In this document: positions 53,621 through 64,000 of the stretch, piece after piece
Layout of the letters: each line of letters opens with the position of its first letter
How positions within the stretch are numbered: the first letter of the stretch is position 1
Source of the DNA: the human T2T-CHM13v2.0 reference genome, Homo sapiens
Length of the DNA: 64,000 nt
Direction: 5' to 3' (one strand)
NCBI RefSeq assembly: GCF_009914755.1
Contig: NC_060929.1
Notes under the pieces: generated by a model
Told to the model about the DNA's origin: nothing
The model's database searches: none
The model's input: the letters and a program-made list of their open reading frames with translations, nothing else
Position numbers and translations under genes: made by a program

Positions 53621-54720
53621 TGTATAGGCATTTTTAATTCATTGATTGAAAAGTGAAAATATGCTTAATGAGGACAAGATGTTCGAAACATTTGGGACAA
53701 AACCCTAGGCTGAGGGATACTCCAAGAATGGAGTACTTTTTGTGGTTGCAAAGTGTTCTTAGAAAACCCTGGGTATGGTCATAGCAGTGATGGACATGTG
53801 AGCTGGAGAGCTCCTCACTTATTCAGCAAGCATTCACTGAGTAGCTCCTCTTTGGTAGCCACTGGGTTAGAAGTCTCAATCCAGGCTCCTGGCAGAAAAA
53901 TACAGGATCATGACAATTACCACAGAGCTGTCCATGCACTGTAATGAGGACACACAGAGGAATAGCATATTACGTAGCTCCAAAGGAATAGGGAAGGGAA
54001 GAGGTGTAGAGAGGCTTCCTGAAGGAGCTGACAACTAAGTGTTAAATAAAGTGTAAGGTTTAGTGAGGCTTCCTGGAGGGGGTGCTTGTAGGACACCTGT
54101 TGGACTTTACTGAGCAAAGGAGGGAAAAGACACTCCACTCAAGAGGAGCAGACTGTGTCAAAGTGTCGTGGCTAGAGAAAGCATGGCGCTCTCATTGTGT
54201 ACAGAGGAGCTCACATAGAAGCCGAGGAGCCTGAAACAGGCCAAGTGTGCCCAGGTAGTGAGTTCACATGTTACTCTGAATGTGAAAGGAGCCATTACAT
54301 GTTTTGACTGCGTGAAGTATTGATGAGCTCTCATGTTTTATCACTGAAGAAGCACTCAGAAACCAATGTGCAGGATAAGCTGAAGAGAGAAGCCTGGAGT
54401 CAGGAAGCCAAGGAGGAAGTCACTTCCATAACTCAGGCTCTTGTCATTTCATGCCTAGACCAAGGTAGTAGGTGTGAAAGGACAAAGCCAGAATAGTGAG
54501 TCAATTGCACGCCATGGCGAATGAATGACGCACGAGGCATGAAAGATGCTGCATGATAACATGATGATTTGAATCACATCATGCTGGAAATCAGGGGAAT
54601 CTGGATGTAATGGTATAGCTCATCTTCTCTTCAACCAAATGGACCCCCACTCTAGATGAAAGTGTTAATTTCCCATAACCCAGTCTACTGCATAGCATCG
54701 AGACAGCGGAAATGCATAGT

Positions 54721-54860
54721 GCTAATTTCTGTATTTTCTTTACTAGAGACAGGGTTCTGTCATGCTGCCCAGGCTGGTCTCGAACTCCTGGGCTCAAATG
54801 ATCCTCCCACCTTGGCCTCTCAAAGTGCTGGGATTACAGGTGCGAGCACCACTCCTGGCT
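54721..54860 (-). mobile_element. Alu left monomer (FLAM/AluJ half)
   Basis: Single arm tagagacagggtt...ctcctgggctcaaatgatcctccc...ctgggattacagg. Confidence 0.85.
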
Positions 54861-55749
54861 CAGATTGGCTTCTAAATGTAAAGTGAAATACCAAGGGTGG
54901 ATTATCCTCCTAACATTATTCCTAACAGTAATAGTAACCACTTATCATTGGAAGCTGAACTGAGGAAGATGGAAAACAACCACAAAGACCTAAGTAGACT
55001 TCAGAAGAATTACCAAATGCTCGTAAACAGTAGACAGTGAATCTGGTAACTGAGAAAGGTACACCAGAGGTGGGAGGCTTGTCTTGTTTTGTTCTCTTTT
55101 GTTTTTATTCCTGGGGAAGGGTCAGGAGAGTTCTAAAGGGAAAGAACAAAACAAAAGACTTCAAAGAACCACACAGTACTTCCTTCCCAGGCTGAAGAGA
55201 ACACAGGAGGGCCAGGGAAGAAACTAGAGGGGTACGGGAGCCTATAAAGGCAGGCAGAGTGAGGATAAAAGAAGGAAGCCGATGCCTGTCAGAGGAGACC
55301 CACAAAGACATCTTCCAGAACACAGGGCTGAGCAAGCTGATGGACTTAATGGATGACACAGACATATTAATGACACCATCATAAGGACTGGGATGGAAAA
55401 TTACAAACAGAATAGAAGGGTGAGGTTTTGTTTGTTTTTTGATGCTGCTTTTAGAACTCTTTTAAAAGCAAGGCAAGATGTAATAAAACTTTTTCCTTTA
55501 AAAAAAAAAAAAAAGCAAGAGCTTGCCCCAAGGTAAACCACAAACAACATGGGCAAGGGTAATTTGTTCCAGGAGAATCATCTGGATTGAAAAGATGTGA
55601 TTTCACAGCAGAGTTCTACAGCCCTGGTGAAGAGAAAGCAAGGGCCTCCAGTCAATTATGGAAAGGAGAATAACCAAGATATCAAATATGGTGTTTACGT
55701 TAATTTCCCAAAGGAAGAACAAAGTGCAAATAAGACTGTAGGTTGCTTT

Positions 55750-56075
<326 letters not shown>

Positions 56076-56955
56076 TAGGTTAACATTCCTGAAGACCACT
56101 CTCAAGGTTGACGAAGAACCAGCATGTTGGTCAGAATGTGTGATAACCATGGTAACCATGGTGCAGCAGTGTGCCAGGGAGGGGCAGTGCAAACCCAGCT
56201 GGTAGTGTAAGAATATCAGAGAAAAAGTAAATGAGGAAAGGGACAGAATTATTTCAATTAGGGCAGAGAATGAAAGAGCACGTTCTGATCATTAAGACCA
56301 CGTGAGAATACATGAAGACACTGGCTCTATTATTGGCGATGAGCCACATCCCCATGTGTCACTGGTGTTCTTCGCAGAACGGAGTGAGTGTGTGGAAAAA
56401 AAGGAGGAAGATGTCAGGGATCCAGATGATCAGGCAAGGAGGTCTGTGCAGAATTTTTATAAAATGATGGAGGGTGGCCCCAGCCCTATGGAACCCAGAG
56501 GAGCCTGTGGCAATCAGGAGCTAATGAAGGAGGGTAGTAGTGTAGTTGGCCCCAGCCTTAACTAGAGGTCTGAGTTATCACCAATAACAGTAGGTGTGCT
56601 CATTCACTGAGTCCTACAGGAGCAACGAGTGGAGGTGGGTGGTATTCGAGTTTCTTCTTAACTGTCAAGAGCATAACTCAGTCACCCAACTGGCTAAGGG
56701 CATCTCACGTACTTCCCGTTCTTACTCCCTTAAAGGCATCCTCATGTTTAATTCACAGATTGTGAATTCCAGATGTGAATTCCAAACAAATTCATTTAAA
56801 ATAATAAATGTTTTGAAAAGAGAGATTGGGACAAGTTCAACTGAAACAGAATGTGAAAACACAGGGAAAAAAAAGAAAGTAGAAGTATTTAGCTTTTGAG
56901 CAGAAGATAAATTTGGGAATTGGACAGTCAATACTGTGAATAAAAGGAAATGAGT

Positions 56956-57297
<342 letters not shown>

Positions 57298-60200
57298 TTA
57301 GTCTCCTCTTGATGGTGTTTTCAAAACTCAAATTCTCTTGCAGATCCACTGGCAACGCACTTTGCCAATCTCTGTTACAAACGTGGCCTTTCCATGGGTT
57401 ACCTGAACTTGCTTGAAGTACTGCTTGGAGTCACAATGTAGAGGTAGAGTCACAATGTAGAAGTCCCTTTAGGAGATTCTTTTAAAGGTTTCTCTTATAA
57501 ATCAGCATACTTAAATGTCTATGATTTTCCTTTTGTCATCTAAGAATTTTTTCTTCTAGCCCATTTCTGTAACTTGAAAATAGGTGAAGAGGATTTAATG
57601 AATTCTGATTTTCCAAGAAGTCACAGTGCACATCTCCAAGGCCTCTAGCAGCTTGCTGCCACAAGGCTTCTAGGGTTGATAATGAGAGTCATCTATCTAC
57701 ATTTTGATCACAGCACTTGAACATTAAAATGACCCATGTGGGCCTGTGATCCACAGACGTATCAACCTGTCCTTGACTTCAAGGCAATTGATAGCCGAGG
57801 AGCATGGTTGCTGACTCATAGAAAGGGCTTTTACATGGAGACTGGCCAATACCCACTTGGTCTCAAGGACACAAGGCCCCAGCCCCAGCAGAGAAAACAT
57901 GTTTTAGGGCTGTTTTCTTAATGAATTAATTGGTTTTGTCATATAGCATTTCATGATTTTTTTTTAAACAGGTATGTTCTGTGGATCCCTCAGGTATCTC
58001 TTCAGCAATACCCAGCCCGTCGCCCAGCCCACTAATTTTAGGGAGGAAAGGTAAGGGTTAGAAGGCTACAGGCTTTATGTTAATCATAGTGCTCCCAGTG
58101 AAATCAATGTGTCCTCTTCATAATGTGTTATCTTTGTCAGCATCAAAGTGCTGAAGAAGAGCAATTTACAGGAATTGCATGAGCCTTTCAAAGTTGAACC
58201 CACATCAACCTAAATCATGATTACCTGGTGACTCTTGCAAAACCATACCTAACCAAATCAGATGTATGTGTGTATGTGTGTGTGTATAAAGGTTGTATCT
58301 ATATAATTGTATACATGTATTACTTGTGAATATATGCACATGCAAATCACAGATGCAATATGTAGAGATAAACACTCATATACATATATTACGTGCTATG
58401 TAATGTACAGTGTATTGATATATAAAATATACTATACTGTATATATGTACATACTCTATTTTCAACTGAGCTGACTTCATGGGAAACCTTTTTGGATACC
58501 TCAATTAAAAAAAATAAAATTAGGTGTGCATAATCTAATTTTAACCTAATGTTAGTATTTAACCTAAAGTACCCTCAATTTTTAAAGCAATTACATAAAA
58601 TAAAAGCAGGGCTACAATGTGTCCCATGTATTGATTAACTCACAGCTTTCAAAATATTGGCACTTAGGTACAAAATGTCAAGATCCAGCCCTACACCAGC
58701 AGGCACTTAGGTAGTATGGTGTCATGAGTTTCTTCTCCTGTTCACTAGGAGTTTACCTCTTTACCAGCATAATTTGACAACTTGGTAAACAGGACCACAG
58801 GATATGACAGGGAGAACAATATACATAGCTCTGGATTCTAATCAAAACCCTCCCACTAACTAGCAAAATAATTCTAGGAACTTGGTGTCAAAAATCCTGA
58901 AATGAGATCATGAACAAAAACTTTTGAAAATCACAAAGTGTAATAGAAGCATACAGCAGCTCTTTCATTCCCATAATAATCAGCTGTGTTTCCTTTGTAA
59001 AGTTCCTAAATGTCAGAGTGGGAGGAACGTCAGTTCAGACATTATAGCCCAACACACACAAGGAACTCTTGTTAGGTCGTGAGAGAATTGACTATTTGTG
59101 TTTAAAATAATATTTGTGTAAAAGATACTTAAGTAGTTATAGAATTCAGTTTCTATAATGCTATGTCCAGAAGAACTAAATACAACAGGTTTTATTATAA
59201 GTTTTTGAATCCATAAAAACAGATTCCCCACCCCCACTTTTTTTCCCCCATGGAATATTTAAGCCATTGCAGGCAAAGGCACTCCCTCTTTCCCAAGGGA
59301 GCTGAACATTTTCTAAATAAAATAGAATTCAAACTTTACAAGGGCTTGGCAGCTTCAGTACCTACCTTCTTTTCAAACCTGGCCCAAATAAAAAATCTGG
59401 ATAACTTCTCTTGACCCTAATTCCCTAAATTGTACTTTTAATGGATTATATGTGAAATCATATCTGTGTCTGGATACAGACATCCCAGGGAAACAAGGGG
59501 AAATCCATCATCTCTACTCTCCTCCACTCTGCAGCAAGCTGAGGAATGCTCCCATCAGAACAGCAAGTGGGCACAGGCAGTGTCCTCCCTGCACACCCAG
59601 CCACCTCCTTCCATGCATGCATTCCAGCTCAGCTCAGCAGCTAAATGCATTATGTGCAGAAGCACAGACCACTTTTCTCAGAGTAGGAAAAAAAAAAAAC
59701 AACTTCAGTTTAAATTGCTGGCATTCTTCTCATTTTTGAGATGTCACATTTTGCATTATTCTTTTTATTTCAGGGAGAAGGGAAACTTTGTAATTCTGTT
59801 CTCATAAGAACTTCAGCACAAGCAAAACTACAAAACAGCTGAATTAGCCTTCTAAGCTCATGACCACTAAGAAAAGTCTTCATTCCATTCACCCAAAGAG
59901 ACGTTACCTATCAGTCAAATTGACTGTGAGAATGTTCTCTGAATTGGCTCCTAGGAACTGTCAAAATGGGGAAATGTGGGTTGTCTGAATTCTGAGTTCA
60001 GGGGGCAGTCCTTCGGAGGCTGCATTTGGTCCAGTTGCCCCTGTTCATAGGGGCTGCCTTGTTTCTTTCCCTTCTCTGTCCCAGGAGCTGGGCTTGGTCA
60101 GCCAGCTTGGTCACATCATGGTCATTGTTCAGTTACTATGTTAAGAAAGCAAGAGAGATGCCAAATAAGAAAGAGGAACTTATAAAGGTGGGTGAAGAGC

Positions 60201-61614
60201 CCTCTCCTCTCACCACCCATGAACCAGCCCAGTGCTGTCTAGACCAACATGTTTGTAAAGCTACTGCATCATTTTTGTACACAGGAATTTCCAATGCACA
60301 CAGCTCTGCTACATAAACTGAGCTGTACTTCGAAGCAACAGAAGTTATTTAAACTGTCTGTGAATTTATCAATATACTTAAGGCAACCTAAAATAACGTG
60401 TGATTTATCTTTCTCAGAGTACGTGGTGCTTGACACTCATCTTCATCTGTCTTACTATATTAGTGTTAAAAAATCCATTCACAAATGCGGTTTGAGTCAA
60501 TTAATAATTACTAAGATTTCCCATTATTTTTAATCCATTAAAACCCAAAGCATGTGAAACATAAAGGTTTGATTTTACTTGAAAATATTTGTTTCCCTCA
60601 TTTGCTTTCTGTGTATCAAGAAAATTCAATTAAGTGTAGTAACGATTGGTCTCCTCCGTGAATCGAGGGTATATTACCTATCGGTCCCAAAAGATGGCCT
60701 TTTCCTAATACTTCTCTGGGTTCAATTTACTTAAGTTCTAAGCACCAAACAACCAATGATCACGGCTTAAGGCAAAACGTGGGCTAGTTCTTCTTCAGCA
60801 GAAGCAATTTTTCACCCCAAGTAGAAATAATCTATTAGCAAAAGGCAACCACATAGATTCTTTGTAAATTATGGACTTCCAGACTATGAGGAGGAAAAAC
60901 CCCTCGCTACATGATGGAATCTGATGCTTTGCTTTAGTAGGACAAGGAGTATAAGGAGACTGAAGCTCATAAAGGGGAAGGGAGTTAACTGTTAATTTTT
61001 AAACGTCTTTGTAACAAATATATACATGTAATCAAGATGAAATATGAGAGGACTCTAGGGAGCATAAAAATCAAAATAAACAATGCAAAAGTGACAAATA
61101 AATTTGCCATTTTGGAAATTAAAGCAGGGATTCCCGACCAGGTCAATGTCTGGCAATGTGTTTCCTGCCATGTATGGAATAGCTGCCATGTCAAAGCATA
61201 ATCTGGCCCCAAATATCAATAATGATGAAGATGAGAAACCCTAAATTAAAGTTCACTACCCTGGTATGGGCTTCTCATGTTCATTCAGTCATTCAGTGGA
61301 ACATCTTTAAACGCTCACCGTGGGCTGGGAGTGTTAAGATCGGACGAGGAAATAGCACTGGGACCTGGGAGAGGGAAGGAGGGTGGGGCCCCTCAGGTCT
61401 GGGCTATCAGCTAAACATTTTCAGAACAGACACTGTGACAAGTGTGCATCAACAATATCTGCTGCTAGGTTGCTCAAATCTGAATAGTGCTTATTGATGT
61501 GTCCATGAGACCCAGAAAGAAAGAAAAAGAGGAGAGGAAAGAGTCAAAGTACCAGAAGGAAGATAAAGACAAGAAGAAAGAGTTGAGAAAAAGCAAGAGG
61601 GAGAGCTAGGTCAC

Positions 61615-61966
61615 TGTATTAGTCTGTTCTCACACTGCTAATACCTGAGACTGGGTAATTTTAAAGGAAAGAGGCTTAATGGACTCATAGTTCCACATGA
61701 CTGGGGAGTCCACACAATCATAGCAGCAAATGAAGGGGAAGCAAGACACGTCTTACATGGCAGCAGGCAAGAGAGCTTGTGCAGGGGAACTCCCCTTTAA
61801 AAACCATCAGGTCTTGTGAGACTTATTCAGTATCATGAGAATAGCACAGGGAAGCCCCACCCCCACAATTCAATTACCTTCCCCCAGGTCTCTTCTAGCA
61901 CACATGGGAATTATGGAAGCTATAATTCAAGATGGAGTTTGGTGGGGACACAGCCAAACCATATCA
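61615..61966 (-). mobile_element. THE1 (B/C-like) solo LTR, sense to SEMA5A
   Basis: tgtattagtctgttctcacactgct...tcttacatggcagcaggcaagagag...ggggacacagccaaaccatatca is a reversed THE1 LTR. Confidence 0.94.
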
Positions 61967-63597
61967 GGCATCACACAGAGCAACCCCTGGGAGGCATTGA
62001 TATCCCCAGGCAAGGCCCACGGCAGGCCTTGAGAGCATGGAACAGTGGTGCTTGCATCAGTGAATCTTACTAGTTGAAATAAAGAAAGCCATCTTTCCAC
62101 CCCTCACTTCATGTAAGTCTGACTCCAGGTCCCATCTCATTCCTTGGCACAGGTGGTCTTATTTAAAGGACTGTGCTCTGACCAGTGAAGTGGGGCCGAG
62201 GGCCGAGCCACACAACCCCCACATTGAGACTCAAACACCACAGGGAGGAAAAAGGAAACTATTTAGAAATCACCTCTTCAAAAGTCCTATACATCATTTC
62301 TACAAACTCAACAAGAAGGTTATAGGGGTCCCCGATGTGTGGGCTTTAGATTATTTATTTATTTTGGGGAGCATTTGAGGATATCACATTCGAATTCTTT
62401 GACAATTGGAGTACCTTTAAATCTCCTTATATCTCTGATGATTTAACTCAGAGGCCTTTTCTGCGGTTAAATATCTTCCAGAAAATACCCTTCATCAATT
62501 CCTGCTTTATTTCCCCCTTGTCTCCAAGTGTTTCCCTGGCTAAGACTGCATTTTCCTCCTTCTCTTCTTCCTACTCCTTTATTCAGGGTTGGGAAACCCC
62601 ATAACTAAGCTGGCTGACACTTGCCTCAGTGTCTGACTCCCACAGCGATTCAGTTAAAGGGCAGGGAAGCAGACAATGAAATTGGGTAAAAAAAAGGTAC
62701 ATAACACTCTTTTATAAATACAGAAGGGGGAGGATCTTTTGCCAGTGCTCTCTGCATTTGCTATATTTTTTTCCCCAAACTATTGGTCCTAGGACCAACT
62801 TTGCATAGCAAGCCCTCTTTTCTACTCTGTGTATAACTGCTGTCTTCTGTAACCCAAAGCATAATTCACCATTGGAAGTCTGTGCTCCAATATAAAGTAA
62901 GAAGATCACTAACAGAATAATACACAGTGAGCCTGTTCACAAGCTGCAGAAGAATTTCCTCAAGTTGATCATGAATAATTTTCTCAAAGACACATAGTCT
63001 TCCTGGAAAGGCAAAGAATCACGCATCTTTTTGAGCCAGAGAAACATTTGAAAGAAGCCTGCAACATGTACAATTGCTCAAGAAACACATTTCCAACCTT
63101 AGCTATAAACTGCACATTCTATAGGAACATGGGATGTAGATTTTCGTATGAAAAGAGAGTTTATTATAAAGAATATGTTAAGATAAAGAATCTATCACAA
63201 ATAATATTTTATGTAATAAATTTATTTGTCATATCATTACTTTCTAGATTTAGCTGTAAAGTAAGAAAGGAGGAATTTAAAATATCTTAAAAATTCAGGC
63301 CCATATTTTTTCCAGCGCTATCAATCAATTAATTTCTTATCTTAGTCTAATGACAGAAAGGGCAAATTAGCTCTGATCTTCTTATGTTCTGAATCCTTTT
63401 TGGAAATGATTGATTGCTGGGGTTAATTTTAATTTAGTATTAAAAACTTGAGAATATACCGTATACATATTTTGAATCTTGCTTTTTTCACTTTACATGG
63501 CACCGTAATCAGGAATACTCTTCATATCAACATGCTTTATATAGTGTAGAGTCCTTCAAGACAGGGTGATGGCTGCTCATAATTGCATTCTTCTTAC

Positions 63598-63660
63598 CTT
63601 TGATTTGCCTTTGCTGTAACAGGCCTTTTTGGTAGCTTCATCACACTCCCATTCCACAGC
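63598..63660 (-). CDS. SEMA5A: SEMA5A coding exon (probably exon 6), 63 nt, phase 0-0
   Basis: Minus strand reads ttttctacag|GCTGTGGAA...TCAAAG|gtaaga and translates to AVEWECDEATKKACYSKGKSK, matching SEMA5A as I recall it. Too short for the ORF track. Confidence 0.97.
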
Positions 63661-64000
63661 CTGTAGAAAACACCAAAACAATAGCAGTCATGGTTTTGAC
63701 TAAATAAAAGGGAAAATATAAACAAGGTAACAAGGCACTGGTAACCAGATTAGGAAATATGGCTGCATCCTGGCACCAACATTTTCATACTCATAGAATT
63801 TACACCAAATACATGAAATTTAGTCATGGGCTTAGATTTAGCTCTAATATTGAAGCATAAGGACCTTCCCCCTTACTATTTGCTTTTGGGTAGTAATGAT
63901 GGGATGCTTAGATCTAGTCACTGTTAGAAAGGAACAATGAGTTGGTGACTATAGCACTGATGGTAGAAATGATCACTTCAGTGAAACTATGGAATAGACC

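Overview
Primate genomic DNA, almost certainly human (AluY, THE1, L1P and MER elements), not a prokaryotic locus. The whole window lies inside SEMA5A (semaphorin 5A, 5p15.31) on the minus strand. Six GT-AG coding exons (63, 99, 214, 286, 136 and 205 nt; probably exons 6-11, numbering recalled rather than derived) splice in frame to give about 334 aa of the Sema domain (AVEWECDEATKK...HIIYLAT). The rest is intron containing Alus, MaLR solo LTRs, L1/L2/MIR fragments, hAT DNA-transposon relics, a 41-bp x8 VNTR and microsatellites. Almost all other ORFs in the track are noise. I found no evidence of a new multi-gene system. The most unusual structures are: a 72-bp near-perfect inverted duplication with nested microhomologies (32544-32845); a 5'-inverted L1 with a large internal deletion nested in an LTR and carrying a MIR-like insert; a 90-bp triplication spanning an L1 tail and its TSD; inverted Alu pairs around exons 7 and 8; and loss of the poly(A) hexamer in all three sense-oriented MaLR LTRs. 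Repeat subfamily calls come from recalled consensus sequences and many repeat boundaries are approximate.
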